Assembly: GCA_963737155.1 (NCBI GenBank)
Contig: CAVTRN010000002.1
Span: forward strand, 2,528,001 to 2,592,000
Reading direction: 5' to 3'
Origin: Nitrospirota bacterium
GTDB taxonomy: Bacteria > Nitrospirota > UBA9217
DNA length: 64,000 nucleotides
Below the pieces are notes generated by a model. That model was not told where the DNA came from. It worked only from the letters and a program-made list of their open reading frames with translations, and did not search any database. The translations under genes were made by a program, and so were the position numbers. Of this stretch, positions 48,916 through 59,937 are shown piece after piece; position 1 is the first letter of the stretch, and every line of letters starts with the position of its first letter.

Positions 48916-50475
48916 TCATGAAAGCAGCAGTTGGTTCTCTTTTGACCTGCTCTCGCCAACGCTCGAAACGTAAATCGCCGGTCTGCCGAGCACAGGACAT
49001 TTGGATTCGCAAATGCCGCAGCCGATACAAAGTTCAAGGTCCACATGGGGCTGTTGGACAACAGTGATCCTACCATTGCGGGCCCGCACCTGAGCTTTTT
49101 CAAACCATACTGCCTTCTTCGGCGTGGGGCAGACTTCCTCGCACATAATGCACGGTCTTGCTTGCGCCCAGGGAAGACACCTGCCCTTGTCAATCATTGC
49201 GAGGCCGATCTTGACCTTTGCTTTCTCTTCCACTGTCAGCCGCTTGATCGCACCGGTGGGACAAACTTGGCCGCAGAGTGTACATCGTGCTTCGCAATAA
49301 CCTATCCGCGGCACCAGCATTGGCGACCATATGCCCTCGACGCCTGCTTCAAAAAGTGTCGGCTGAAGGCCATTGGTAGTGCAGACTTTCATACACTCGC
49401 CGCACTTCACGCACCGTTTCAGGAATTCCTTTTCCTCCAGCGCTCCCGGAGGGCGTAATAGCACGGGGTTGCCGGAGTTAGTCCGCGAAAGAGGCGTGAT
49501 ACGCAGAAGCGGAATACTCACGATACCTGCGAGAGCGGAGGTGATAATTCGCCGCCTGCTCAGATCCATGGCAACTGTCGCCTTTTTTCCGATGAACCCG
49601 AAGCTCACGGCATTCTGGGGACAGATGTCGTCGCAGTTCCTGCAAGCAAGGCATTCCGCATTGCGCCAATGCTCCCTGGCATCAGGCTGGGCGTTCCCCT
49701 GGCACACGGTGGCACAGGCGCCGCAGGAGGTGCAGCCCTCACTCACAGACCGCCTCAGGAGGGAAGACCGGGACAGAATCCCGAGGAACGCACCGAGGGG
49801 GCAGAGATATTTGCACCAGAACCGTTTCTCGATGAAATTAAAACCGAGAACCAGAAAGAAGAGAACGCCAATAAGCACACCCTGATTATAGAATGATTGC
49901 TCAAAACTGAGGACCATCTTTTTCATTACCGAGTACACCGGTTCCGAAAGACCGGCAATGCCGAAAGGATTCGCGCCGTAAAGAGTGTCGAAGACCGATC
50001 GTACACCGTAATTAAAGACCGGGAATATGCTGATTGAAAACGAGCGGATGAGGAAGGATAGCGGGTCCATAATGCCGACAGGCTGAAGCGTGAACAGGGC
50101 TGATGCCAGAATGGCAATAAGGATATAGTATTTTACACGGTACCAATTCTCATACATGCCCACAGGCTGTCTCTTCTGTATCGATCCTACGAGGTTGTTC
50201 AGTGTTCCGAGCGGGCAAACCCAGCCGCAGAATACTCTGCCGAAAAAGATGGTAGCGACGATCGTAATAAGGGATAGGACGAAGGCCTTGGCCGCCGCGT
50301 GGGCCGACAGAAGTGTTGTAACGAGGATGAGCGGATCGAAATCGAGAAAGAGACGGACCGGGTAGCCGAGATCATCATTTCCCTTGGACTCGGTCTGTAT
50401 AAATAGAAAAAGGAAGAGGAGCAGGAAGAGGCCTTGCGTTATCCTGCGCATATTTTGCACTGACGGCTTAAACAT
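48916..50475 (-). CDS. Membrane polyferredoxin (NapH/MauN-like fused to NapG/MauM-like)
   Basis: TM region with 'FCGWVCP' and 'WCKYLCP'; multiple CxxCxxCxxxC motifs; internal 'SRRRII' and 'LRPPGA' motifs. Confidence 0.88.
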   Translation of the reverse strand: MFKPSVQNMRRITQGLFLLLFLFLFIQTESKGNDDLGYPVRLFLDFDPLILVTTLLSAHAAAKAFVLSLITIVATIFFGRVFCGWVCPLGTLNNLVGSIQKRQPVGMYENWYRVKYYILIAILASALFTLQPVGIMDPLSFLIRSFSISIFPVFNYGVRSVFDTLYGANPFGIAGLSEPVYSVMKKMVLSFEQSFYNQGVLIGVLFFLVLGFNFIEKRFWCKYLCPLGAFLGILSRSSLLRRSVSEGCTSCGACATVCQGNAQPDAREHWRNAECLACRNCDDICPQNAVSFGFIGKKATVAMDLSRRRIITSALAGIVSIPLLRITPLSRTNSGNPVLLRPPGALEEKEFLKRCVKCGECMKVCTTNGLQPTLFEAGVEGIWSPMLVPRIGYCEARCTLCGQVCPTGAIKRLTVEEKAKVKIGLAMIDKGRCLPWAQARPCIMCEEVCPTPKKAVWFEKAQVRARNGRITVVQQPHVDLELCIGCGICESKCPVLGRPAIYVSSVGESRSKENQLLLS

Positions 50476-51170
50476 AAGTCCCCGATTGTCTCCACATGTA
50501 GCGCATATATTAACACATTTGGGATATCGCGGCTAGAGGGATTTTCCGGAAGAAGGGAGGTTTGAACGACTCTGAATCGAACTTTTTGGGGTTTGCATCA
50601 GCATGTCAGTAATCACGCGGGCTCTTAACTTCTTTCTCCATTTTAGCACGGACGCGATGGGTGTAGGTCTGTAGGTTGGTCTGAGCGTTCTTCGTCAAGC
50701 TCAACGTTTTAACATGAATCCTTCGTTCCTCTGATACGTAGAGAAGCAGAGATACCATGTGTCGCCGAAATTGGCTCATCCACTAAAAAGGGATTTCCAT
50801 CCTCTCTTTTCAATTCAACGATGCTCGCATGAGAGAAGAATCGTTGACTGACGGATGTCTCCCTTGAGCACAAGCTTAAAGGACAATACTCCAAAAGAAA
50901 TTTTTGAGATTTACAGGCATCCGCTCTTTTTAGAAAAACGACATCCGCAATTGAAACCTACCAGGAAATTGCATCCGCATTCTCCTTGAGCGCCATTTAA
51001 GACCTGCAGTGAAACATAATGCTTTGTCGTTTCCCGCCTTACGCCTTACCCGGAAGGAAACCTTGCTAATATCCCATGGCTATTGATATTGTTAGGCTGT
51101 TTAAGAGTATTGAGAGATAAGAAGTTATGCGAGGTGAAAATGTGCATTTATTTCGAGCTGGAATGAACCT

Positions 51171-51281
51171 CCCCACAGCAAGCTGCGGGGTATCTATAAA
51201 AAGGAAGACGATTATCTTTTGAGAAACCTGCGGTTTCTCAAACTCTTCCCTCTATGCGGTGACCCTGTAGCAAGCTACAGG
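51171..51281. mobile_element. Non-autonomous palindrome-ended mini-element related to the IS200 ends at 61806 and 62310
   Basis: Terminal hairpins CCCCACAGC-AA-GCTGCGGGG and CCTGTAGC-AA-GCTACAGG; internal hairpin TTTGAGAAACC-TGC-GGTTTCTCAAA. Confidence 0.65.
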
Positions 51282-51442
51282 CAATTGCAAGTTAAACAGC
51301 AGGCAAAATAAATAAAAGTGCATAAGCTGGGGGCAACGTATCTGTAAAAGATGCGTCAAATTCGGGAGGGGAATAATTCAGAAACTACGATCACAACCAG
51401 CGGAAGGAAGGATGAATCTGTAATCGTCGCGGAAATCCTCGT

Positions 51443-52345
51443 CTAGATATTTATTTTTTTAATTTTCAGCCTTTTCAAATCCATCTGCCCCAGCCCCATT
51501 TTGTGGCCAAGTTTAACATAACCGAGGTCGCTTCCCTGCATGCCGAAGAGCGTGGCTCCATAAGAATCTATCGCGATCTGGTCTATCCCGACGATGACCG
51601 TATCGAGTTTTTTCACGTCAGCAAGACTTCCTCCCTGCGGACCATTAGCAGTGAGAATGCGCACGGCATCGAGGATAGTTAGTGTCGGTTTGACTTTGGC
51701 TGAAAGATCCACGAGGCTCGCATCAAGCTTCTGATGAATCTGACGCCGCATGCCGCCCATGATTCCCATCCAGTTCTTCATGGACAGCGTAAGTTTTGCA
51801 AGTCCATGATGCTTCGCGATCGGGATATTAATTACTTTGTCCGCTTCAAATATTTCCGTGTAAAGTGGCCAAGACTTAAGTGTTTCACCTTTTATGTCCA
51901 TGTCCCTAAATTTCCGTTCATCCACGTAGCCCACGTCGGCACCCAGGGCTCCTGCTGCGGGCGCTATGCCGCTCTGGATATAGCAGCGCCGAGGATCATT
52001 CACAGGCCGGTCGAAGACCCGAACTTTTTTGGCGCCTGCTTCAAAGCACAGTTTGACCACTGTTGCGACCACTTCCGGGTTAGTATCCCCCGCCTGTTCA
52101 GGCGTCCTATCCCATCCGATGTTCGGTTTGATCACCACAACATCGCCGCGGGATATAAACTTTCCGATCCCGCCCATGGCATCGATTGCTGCTTTCACAA
52201 TCCTTTCGGGTGAATCACCATGTACCACAGCAAGATCAAGGGGCGCTGCTGCCTCAGCAGCCCCCGCGATCAGGTCCAGACCAGCAGGCAGGGTCACTCC
52301 AATGCCAGTTAATGCAGACAGTTTCATGAATGTTCGCCGATCCAT
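51443..52345 (-). CDS. Tat-exported DUF362 domain protein
   Basis: 'MDRRTFMK' Tat signal; 'VVIKPNIGW...TNPEVV' and 'INIPIAKHH...TLSMKNWMG'. Confidence 0.88.
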   Translation of the reverse strand: MDRRTFMKLSALTGIGVTLPAGLDLIAGAAEAAAPLDLAVVHGDSPERIVKAAIDAMGGIGKFISRGDVVVIKPNIGWDRTPEQAGDTNPEVVATVVKLCFEAGAKKVRVFDRPVNDPRRCYIQSGIAPAAGALGADVGYVDERKFRDMDIKGETLKSWPLYTEIFEADKVINIPIAKHHGLAKLTLSMKNWMGIMGGMRRQIHQKLDASLVDLSAKVKPTLTILDAVRILTANGPQGGSLADVKKLDTVIVGIDQIAIDSYGATLFGMQGSDLGYVKLGHKMGLGQMDLKRLKIKKINI

Positions 52346-52384
52346 ATGCCCCCCGCAAAAACGCTTTTTGAAGATACTCCAATC

Positions 52385-52630
52385 CTATCTGAACTTACCG
52401 ATAATATAGAGAATAAGACTAATGAGGAGGCTGAGAATGATGCACAGTCCCAAGGGAAAGTAGAATGTAAAGTTTTCCCGTTTAATAAGGATATCGCCGG
52501 GAAGCTTTCCAGGAAAAGAATATTTCTGGGAACCGAGCAGCACCAGGCCGATTACAATCAAAGCCGCCCCGAGGAAAATTAATGATTTCGCCATTTCTCC
52601 CATAGTCAGAAAAATCACCATTCCGCACAA
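52385..52630 (-). CDS. DUF2905 small membrane protein
   Basis: 'GKLPGDI......FYFPL...IILS'; start may be at MGEM (52603). Confidence 0.85.
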   Translation of the reverse strand: MCGMVIFLTMGEMAKSLIFLGAALIVIGLVLLGSQKYSFPGKLPGDILIKRENFTFYFPLGLCIILSLLISLILYIIGKFR

Positions 52631-52681
52631 GCGGGAATGACGTCAAAAATAGAAAACATCCTCGTGCAAGTCTATTATGTT

Positions 52682-53524
52682 TTACCCAGTGAAAAAATCG
52701 AGGATTTTACCCACGGTTGCACGCAATTCCCGGCGCGGAACGATCATATCAATCATGCCATGCTCCATAAGGAATTCAGCCCGCTGAAATCCCTGGGGAA
52801 GCTGCTGTTTGATCGTTTGTTCTATAACGCGAGGGCCAGCAAAACCGATGAGACTTTTGGGTTCGGCAATAATGATGTCGCCGAGCATGGCGAAACTTGC
52901 GGTAACTCCGCCAAAGGTGGGATCGGTCAGCACCGAGATGAAGGGAAGCCCTGCCTCGCCAAGCCGTGCCACCGCAGCCGAAGTCTTGGCCATCTGCATG
53001 AGGGAGAGGATGCCTTCCTGCATCCGTGCGCCACCGGAAGAGGCAACCGACACAAAGGGGGTCTTTTTTTCTATCGCCCGTTCAACGGCCCGCGCTATCT
53101 TCTCACCTACAACAGACCCCATGCTGCCGCCCATGAAGTTAAAGTCCATGATAACTACCGATACCGGCTTGCCCCCGATCCTTGCCTCGCCCGATATGAT
53201 CGCGTCCTTGAGCCCCGTCTTCTTGCGACTGCTCTTGAGTTTGTCCTTATAATCCTTGAATGACAAGAAATCCTTGGGCGACAGACCGTCTTCCACCTCA
53301 AGAAAGCTGCCTTCGTCCACGAGAAAAGGCAGCCGCTCGGACGCGGAAATACGGAAGTGGTAGTCGCATTTGGGACAAACCTTGAAATTTTTGTCCACTT
53401 CCTTGCGGTAAATAATTTCCTTGCAGTTGTCGCACTTGATCCAAAGCCCCTCGGGAATCTTAACTTTTTTTGCGGGCGCTTTCGGCGTTGCGCTCTCTGG
53501 TCGTTCTTTCTTAAACCAGGCCAT
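52682..53524 (-). CDS. accD: Acetyl-CoA carboxylase carboxyltransferase beta subunit
   Basis: 'GLWIKC..C', 'FMGGSMG', 'SGGARMQEG', 'GGVTASFA' and 'FQRAEFL..HG'. Confidence 0.97.
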   Translation of the reverse strand: MAWFKKERPESATPKAPAKKVKIPEGLWIKCDNCKEIIYRKEVDKNFKVCPKCDYHFRISASERLPFLVDEGSFLEVEDGLSPKDFLSFKDYKDKLKSSRKKTGLKDAIISGEARIGGKPVSVVIMDFNFMGGSMGSVVGEKIARAVERAIEKKTPFVSVASSGGARMQEGILSLMQMAKTSAAVARLGEAGLPFISVLTDPTFGGVTASFAMLGDIIIAEPKSLIGFAGPRVIEQTIKQQLPQGFQRAEFLMEHGMIDMIVPRRELRATVGKILDFFTG

Positions 53525-53859
53525 CCTTCTCCTTTAAACTGACTACTTTGAACTATGTTCTTTCACCTCTGAACCTGTTCAGAAGTTATACGTCTCCCCT
53601 TCTGCAGCACTTTCACGCTTTTCCGTACCATGCTCACCAGTTCGCCGATCACTTTCTTTCCATGTACCCGTTTGATATGGTCGACGTAAACTGGCATATC
53701 CTGTCGACTTTTGCTAGTGCGATATGGTCATGGAGTTGCGCTGGCGTAAAATAGGCAATCCCGTCGAAACTGTTTGGGAACGATGTATCGACGATGATCG
53801 CCGGAAAGGCCTCTGGCCTTCGTTGATTTCTTCCAGAGCTTCTCCGTTCGAACCCGCAT

Positions 53860-54150
53860 CGGCATACACCACCGGCTTCTCTTTTCCCCCGGCGCTCACG
53901 GAGTCAAGCTCTATAGCAAAAAAGACATTCTTGACTTTTTCATATGCGCATTGAGATATGATGATATGATTATTATACTTCCTTGTCAAGCCTTTCAGGC
54001 GCACTTGTCAGGCGCGCGCCTCGGTCGATGTTGTCTCCAATCACAGTGTAATCCATCTTTTCACTCTCAGATCCCATTGTTGTCCACGACCATGTCGCCG
54101 GTGTTGATCCCGATGTCGATGACTAGTGTAGCGACGGTCTTCTCAATGCC
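53860..54150 (-). pseudogene. Decayed class III adenylate/guanylate cyclase catalytic-domain fragment
   Basis: Frameshifted 'IGINTGDMVV.N / MGS... / MDYTVIGDNI..GARL / RLKGLTRKY...IIIS...ELDSV...GKEKPV'. Confidence 0.75.
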
Positions 54151-54457
54151 GCGGATACTCTTGTTTATCTAGACCATTCCTGAAATCATTGTATTTTATA
54201 TCCAGATAATATGACGGCATCCGAATAGTGCTGATGCCGGTTAAAGTCAGGACTCAGCCTCTGATTCATGAAAGAGCACAGTATTCGGGGAAATTTTTTT
54301 CCAAACCGTGAACACAGCTGATTCTGAATGTCGTCCCTGCAATCCCCCTTCTCTACAGGTGTTTTTTCTAATGCCGCGCTGTCCGCATAGTTGTCACGAA
54401 AAAGCAGGGCTGGTACCAGTAGCCGGAAAACTTCTTCAGCAGTCGTTGTCCACAAAG

Positions 54458-55270
54458 CTATTCGCCTCGTCCGGCAAGCACCCCCTGCTTGAGCACCTTA
54501 ACGAACGACACAGCCCGACTGACAAGCTCGGGCGAATTGATGTTCTCTTCGATTACCTTGATGAGTGCACTGCCCACAATGACACCATCAGCCCCCCACC
54601 GCGCGATCTGCGATGCCTGATCCGGCGAAGATATGCCGAATCCGACGGCTATCGGCTTGTTTGAGACAGCCTTGATCCTCATAAGTGAGCCCTCGATAGA
54701 ACCCTGGATGCCGGTGCGGGCACCGGTCACACCGGTGAGCGATACATAATATATAAAACCCTGGCCGACTCTGCAGACGAGCTTGATCCGTTCTTCGGTG
54801 CTCGTGGGTGCAAGCAGAAAAATCAGGTCCAGCCCTGCCTTCTTTGCAAGAGGAATCAACGTGCCTGCCTCTTCAGGTGGAAGATCGGGCAGAATGATGC
54901 CATCCAGGCCTGCTGCCGTAGCATCGTTCACAAACCGCTCCTCTCCGTAGTGAAAGATCAAGTTGTAGTAGGTCATGACAATGAGCGGTATTTTACTGGT
55001 CTTCCGCACTGTGGCTACTAGACCCAGTACATCGTCGATGTTCGTATGATTCCTCAGTGAACGAATTGCAGCCTTCTGAATGGTCGGACCGTCCGCTAAA
55101 GGATCGGAAAAAGGTGCACCGAGTTCGATTATATCACAGCCCGCTTGTTCCATTTCGAGTATTAGTGTATGTGTCGTCCCAATGTCTGGATCCCCGGCCA
55201 TGATGTAGGGAATAAGCGCCACCTCATTTTTTTTCTTCAGTCTGCTGAAGGTATTCTTTATCCGCGACAT
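54458..55270 (-). CDS. trpA: Tryptophan synthase alpha subunit
   Basis: 'PFSDPLADGPTIQ', 'YYVSLTGVTG' and 'ADGVIVGSA'. Confidence 0.98.
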   Translation of the reverse strand: MSRIKNTFSRLKKKNEVALIPYIMAGDPDIGTTHTLILEMEQAGCDIIELGAPFSDPLADGPTIQKAAIRSLRNHTNIDDVLGLVATVRKTSKIPLIVMTYYNLIFHYGEERFVNDATAAGLDGIILPDLPPEEAGTLIPLAKKAGLDLIFLLAPTSTEERIKLVCRVGQGFIYYVSLTGVTGARTGIQGSIEGSLMRIKAVSNKPIAVGFGISSPDQASQIARWGADGVIVGSALIKVIEENINSPELVSRAVSFVKVLKQGVLAGRGE

Positions 55271-55313
55271 ATGCCCCGCTTTAATTAGTGAATTTTAATC
55301 AGTTCCTTATTGC

Positions 55314-56504
55314 CTACAACTCCACTCCCTTGATCTTCGCCACCTGCATGACGTCCTTGTCGCCGCGGCCCGAAAGGTTCACGATAACCACCTTGTCCCT
55401 ACCGAGTGTCGGAGCCAGTTTCAGGCAATAAGCGACTGCATGCGCACTCTCGAGCGCCGGGATGATGCCTTCGAGGCGGGACAAGAGATCGAATGCCTCC
55501 ATGGCCTCCTCATCAATTGCATAGGTGTACTCGATGCGCCCGGTATCGTGATACATCGCATGTTCAGGGCCGACAGCGGCATAATCGAGGCCTGCGGAAA
55601 CAGAATGTGTCATCTCAATCTGCCCCTGTTCGTCCTGAAGCACGAAGGTCTTGCATCCCTGCAGCACACCGAGGGAACCGCCGGCAAAGCGCGCCGCGTG
55701 TTTCCCCCGCTCGATGCCCAGGCCGCCCGCCTCAATGCCGTACATCCTGACAGAGTCATCGTGGAGGAACTCGTAAAACAGGCCCATGGCATTCGACCCA
55801 CCGCCGACGCAGGCAATAAGAGCATCCGGGAGTTTTCCTTCGAATTTTATAATTTGCTTCTTTGCCTCGCGGCCGATGACAGACTGAAAATCCCGCACCA
55901 TCATCGGAAACGGATGGGGGCCGAAGACGGTGCCGAGCACGTAATGCGTGTTCACCACGTTGGTGATCCAATCACGCATCGCTTCATTGATCGCATCCTT
56001 GAGCGTTTTACTGCCGATATCAACAGGATTCACTGTAGTGCCCAGAAGCTTCATACGGAAAACGTTCAATGACTGGCGCGCCACGTCGTTGGTACCCATG
56101 TACACATCACAATCAAGCCCGAACATGGCTGCTGCTGTAGCCGTGGCAACTCCGTGCTGGCCCGCGCCCGTCTCGGCCACCACGCGGGTTTTGCCCATGC
56201 GTTTCGCAAGAAGAGTCTGTGCCAGCGAGTTGTTAATCTTGTGCGCGCCTGTATGACAGAGATCCTCGCGCTTGAGATATATCCGCGCACCGCCAAGATG
56301 CTCCGTTAGCCGTTTCGCACAATAAAGCGGCGTCGGACGACCGATGAATTCGCGGGAATAAAACTCGAGCTCGGCCTGAAATTCTTTGTCCTTCTTCGCC
56401 GCAAGATAGGCGTCTTCAAGTTCAATCAGCGCCGGCATGAGTGTTTCAGGCGCAAACTTGCCACCGTAAATGCCAAAGTGTCCTTTTTTATTCGGAAAGA
56501 TCAT
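55314..56504 (-). CDS. trpB: Tryptophan synthase beta subunit
   Basis: '[15 protein letters not shown]', 'AETGAGQHG', 'GGGSNA' and 'NLSGRGDKD'. Confidence 0.98.
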   Translation of the reverse strand: MIFPNKKGHFGIYGGKFAPETLMPALIELEDAYLAAKKDKEFQAELEFYSREFIGRPTPLYCAKRLTEHLGGARIYLKREDLCHTGAHKINNSLAQTLLAKRMGKTRVVAETGAGQHGVATATAAAMFGLDCDVYMGTNDVARQSLNVFRMKLLGTTVNPVDIGSKTLKDAINEAMRDWITNVVNTHYVLGTVFGPHPFPMMVRDFQSVIGREAKKQIIKFEGKLPDALIACVGGGSNAMGLFYEFLHDDSVRMYGIEAGGLGIERGKHAARFAGGSLGVLQGCKTFVLQDEQGQIEMTHSVSAGLDYAAVGPEHAMYHDTGRIEYTYAIDEEAMEAFDLLSRLEGIIPALESAHAVAYCLKLAPTLGRDKVVIVNLSGRGDKDVMQVAKIKGVEL

Positions 56505-57121
56505 TGCCGTGCAGCCCTCCGGACCTCTGTGATAAACTTCTTGATCTTAGCATGATCTTTTATCCCTTTCTCCTTTTCCACTCCACCTGTGACATCAACT
56601 CCGTAAGGCTGCACAAGTTTCACCGCTTCGGCCACATTTTCGGGCGTGAGCCCACCGGCAAGGATCACTTTGCCGAACGTCTTGGCAACCACTGCTAGAT
56701 GCCAGTCAAACGTGACCCCGGTCCCGCCGCGCACGCCATCGCGGTAGCTATCGAGCAGAAACGCACCCACGTGATAATGGGCCATATTCTTGAGGCTTTC
56801 CTTATCCTTTATCTGGAATGCCTTGATGACCCGTGCACCGAACCGCTGGCAAAACTCGGGGCTTTCATCACCGTGGAACTGAAGCGCCTGTAGACAGGCC
56901 AGTTGCTGGATCTCCCGGATTTTCTCTTCGCGCTCGTTCACAAAAATACCGACGGGCATAACGAAGGGAGGCAGCTGGCCAATGATCTCCGCCGCCTTCT
57001 CGGGCTCGATACAGCGCGGACTTTTTTTGTAAAAGTTAAACCCCAGCGCATCGACGCCGGCATCAGCCGAAGCGATCGCGTCTTCAAGATTGGTAATGCC
57101 GCAGATTTTGATTTTAATCAT
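56501..57121 (-). CDS. trpF: Phosphoribosylanthranilate isomerase
   Basis: 'KICGIT', 'QFHGDE', 'GGTG..FDW' and 'LAGGL.PENV'. Confidence 0.97.
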   Translation of the reverse strand: MIKIKICGITNLEDAIASADAGVDALGFNFYKKSPRCIEPEKAAEIIGQLPPFVMPVGIFVNEREEKIREIQQLACLQALQFHGDESPEFCQRFGARVIKAFQIKDKESLKNMAHYHVGAFLLDSYRDGVRGGTGVTFDWHLAVVAKTFGKVILAGGLTPENVAEAVKLVQPYGVDVTGGVEKEKGIKDHAKIKKFITEVRRAARQ

Positions 57122-57249
57122 AGCGCCCTCATATCAGGTTCACCTGTCGAAATCAGATATTGAATCAATTTATAAAACCATATGGACAATACTGCGACCT
57201 TCCCTTTTGTCAATTCCCTGAATTTCGCGTTTTGTAATCCTTTTTTCCT

Positions 57250-58029
57250 TCAACTCTTTCCTAACAGTTCCTTTATTTTTCCCCCGATGTCTTTTTCCCG
57301 CATCAGGCTCTCACCAACGAGAATCGCATCCACACCCGCGTTTTCGAGCATAATCACGTCGTCACGGGTTTTGATGCCACTCTCGCTCACGACGATCCGG
57401 TCGTCAGGTATGTCCTTCAAAAGATCAAGCGTCGTCTGAAGGCTCACGTTAAAAGTCGCGAGATCGCGATTGTTTACCCCCACAAGCCTCGCTCCCGCGA
57501 GAAGCGACCTGTCCAGTTCCTTATACGTATGGGACTCTACCAGGACATCGAGCCCTTGTCCGCCAGCGATTCCGAGAAAGTCGACCATCTGCTGTTTTTC
57601 AAGACAGGCAGCAATCAGCAGAATCGCATCAGAGCCTGCGACCCGCGCTTCAAAGATCTGGTACTCGTCGATAATAAAATCCTTGCGAAGAAGCGGCAAT
57701 CTCACGGTTTTCCGTATCATGCTGAGGTATTCCAGATCACCCTGAAAAAACTTCTTTTCAGTGATCACGGAGAGGCATGATGCTCCCGACTCTTCGTATG
57801 TGTGTGCGATCTTGACCGGTTCGAAGTCCTCGCGGATAACACCCTTCGAGGGTGAGGCCTTCTTTACTTCCGCGATAAGACGAATCCCCGATCCCGCAGA
57901 AAGAGCCTTTCCAAAACCTCTCGACGGCCCGGTATCGGCTGCCCGCGCTTTTATATCGGATAAGGAGAATCGACGCTTTGTTGCCGCGAGTTCCTCTTCC
58001 TTGTTGGCAATGATGTCATCTAAAATCAT
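57250..58029 (-). CDS. trpC: Indole-3-glycerol phosphate synthase
   Basis: 'IAEVKKASPSKG', 'LRKDFI', 'GVNNRDL' and 'SESGI'. Confidence 0.97.
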   Translation of the reverse strand: MILDDIIANKEEELAATKRRFSLSDIKARAADTGPSRGFGKALSAGSGIRLIAEVKKASPSKGVIREDFEPVKIAHTYEESGASCLSVITEKKFFQGDLEYLSMIRKTVRLPLLRKDFIIDEYQIFEARVAGSDAILLIAACLEKQQMVDFLGIAGGQGLDVLVESHTYKELDRSLLAGARLVGVNNRDLATFNVSLQTTLDLLKDIPDDRIVVSESGIKTRDDVIMLENAGVDAILVGESLMREKDIGGKIKELLGKS

Positions 58030-58074
58030 AAAGAAGATTTCGCAGTGCCGTTTCTTGCAACTCGCCTCCTGACC

Positions 58075-59088
58075 CTAAGGCTTGTTCGTGAATTCTTTCA
58101 TCTGTTCCAGCTTACCGAATGCGGCTCCTGAATCTATCGATTCTGAAGCAATCCCGATTCCTTCTTTTAAATTACAGGCCTTGCCCGATGCGGCAAGACC
58201 GGCTGCGGCATTCAGCAGCACGATATCTCGATGAAAACCTTTTTCCCCCTTCAGCACATCCACGGTTATCACCGCGTTATCCTTCGCATCCCCGCCCTTC
58301 AAATCATCCTTCGTCGCTGTTGCCATACTGAAATCCGACGGATGGATGTAATAGTCCTTTACCGTTCCGGCCGCGAACTCCGCTATTTTGGTCCTATCGG
58401 TGTTGGTGATCTCATCGAGGCCATCCATGCCATGCACCACAAAAGCATGATGGGCTCCGAGTTTTCCCAGGGACTGGGCAAGAGGCACCGTCATCTCCGC
58501 TGCATAAACACCCATGATCTGCGAGGTCACTTTTGCGGGATTAGTAAGCGGGCCTAGGACGTTGAAAATGGTCCGGATGCCGATTTCCCGCCGCGGTCCA
58601 ATGGCGAATTTCATTGCCTGGTGCATCAGTGGCGCGAACAGGAAGGCAATGCCCGTTTCTTTCAAGCATTCTTCAACACGGTGCGAAGGAATCTCGATAT
58701 TGATGCCGAGCGCCTGAAGCACGTCAGCGCTGCCGCTCTTACTCGAAACCGACCGGTTGCCGTGCTTTGCCACGGTCACTCCCGCACCGGCGACAACAAA
58801 GGCCACCGTGGTGGATATATTGAAGGTATGAGCCATATCTCCACCAGTGCCGCAGGTGTCTACCTGATACTTCGCATCGAGCTTGATTGGCACGGCCTTC
58901 TCGCGCATCGCCCTCGCCGAGCCGGTTATCTCGTCAACGGTCTCGCCCTTGATCCGCAAAGCGGTGATATATGCCGCAATCTGGGCTTCAGTCGCCTCAC
59001 CCTGCATAATCTCGCGCATCACCGTCTCAGCCTCGGCTTCGTCGAGGTTTATCCGAGCGACTACTTTAGCGATTGCATCTTTGATCAC
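58075..59088 (-). CDS. trpD: Anthranilate phosphoribosyltransferase
   Basis: 'DTCGTGGD', 'NISTT', 'KHGNRSVSS' and 'GLDE'; GTG start at 59088 after GAGAGG. Confidence 0.97.
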   Translation of the reverse strand: MIKDAIAKVVARINLDEAEAETVMREIMQGEATEAQIAAYITALRIKGETVDEITGSARAMREKAVPIKLDAKYQVDTCGTGGDMAHTFNISTTVAFVVAGAGVTVAKHGNRSVSSKSGSADVLQALGINIEIPSHRVEECLKETGIAFLFAPLMHQAMKFAIGPRREIGIRTIFNVLGPLTNPAKVTSQIMGVYAAEMTVPLAQSLGKLGAHHAFVVHGMDGLDEITNTDRTKIAEFAAGTVKDYYIHPSDFSMATATKDDLKGGDAKDNAVITVDVLKGEKGFHRDIVLLNAAAGLAASGKACNLKEGIGIASESIDSGAAFGKLEQMKEFTNKP

Positions 59089-59252
59089 AGGATCCTCTCG
59101 GACAGCACATTTACCGGGAAGAACAATTAAAACCACGGGAGCTTGACTCGCCTAGGCTTCGCCTCACGGATAACTGCATTGTCTTAGTTTTAAAACATTG
59201 AATCATGCCTTTTTACATCAGAACCCCATCCATGACAAACCGTGGTTAATCA

Positions 59253-59816
59253 TTACAGCTCCAAAAAATTCCGAAGCAAATCCTTCCCCACTCCCGTCAA
59301 GATCGATTCGGGATGGAACTGCACACCCTCTAGCTTGTATTGCTTGTGACGGACGCCCATTACTACACCGTCGTCGGTCCAGGCAGATATTTCGAGGACT
59401 GCAGGCATAGTCTCCCGCTTGATAATTAGCGAGTGGTACCTCGTGGCTTCGAAGGGGTTTGGAAGACCTGCGAAGATGGTCCTGCCATCGTGATGGATCA
59501 TCGACGTCTTGCCGTGCATAAGATAAGGCGCGCGAATAACGTCCCCGCCAAAAGCGTCACCAATGGATTGATGCCCCAGACAGACTCCAAGAATCGGCAT
59601 TTTCCCGGAAAAATGCCTGATCACGTCGATTGAAATCCCCGCCTCTTTCGGCGTACACGGTCCCGGAGAAATCACGATGCGATCGGGCTCCATGTTCTCG
59701 ATCTCGGCGATCGTGATTTTGTTATTCCGGTATACCCTTAGGTCCTGACCCAGTTCTCCAAAGTACTGAACCAGGTTATAAGTGAAGGAATCATAATTAT
59801 CGATCATTAATAACAT
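59253..59816 (-). CDS. trpG: Anthranilate synthase component II (glutamine amidotransferase)
   Basis: '[10 protein letters not shown]', 'SPGP', 'GVCLGHQ' and 'QFHPES'. Confidence 0.95.
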   Translation of the reverse strand: MLLMIDNYDSFTYNLVQYFGELGQDLRVYRNNKITIAEIENMEPDRIVISPGPCTPKEAGISIDVIRHFSGKMPILGVCLGHQSIGDAFGGDVIRAPYLMHGKTSMIHHDGRTIFAGLPNPFEATRYHSLIIKRETMPAVLEISAWTDDGVVMGVRHKQYKLEGVQFHPESILTGVGKDLLRNFLEL

Positions 59817-59840
59817 GAGAACCTCTATTCCTCTAAATCC

Positions 59841-59932
59841 GTTCAAAGTTCAGGTTTCACAGTCCAGAGTAAAAAAAATCAAACCAGTGCTGGTATTTCC
59901 CTTTTTCTGCCCTTCACTCTGAACTCTGAACT
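59841..59932. repeat. Intergenic element with inverted heptamer arms (copy 2, trpE-trpG gap)
   Basis: Left arm GTTCAAAGTTCAG...GTCCAGAGT, right arm ACTCTGAACTCTGAACT. Confidence 0.6.
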
Positions 59933-59937
59933 GTCGT

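Noticed and set aside
50480-51160. Possible gene remnant (ORF 50709-50894)
   Set aside because: Broken frames with no identifiable homology by inspection
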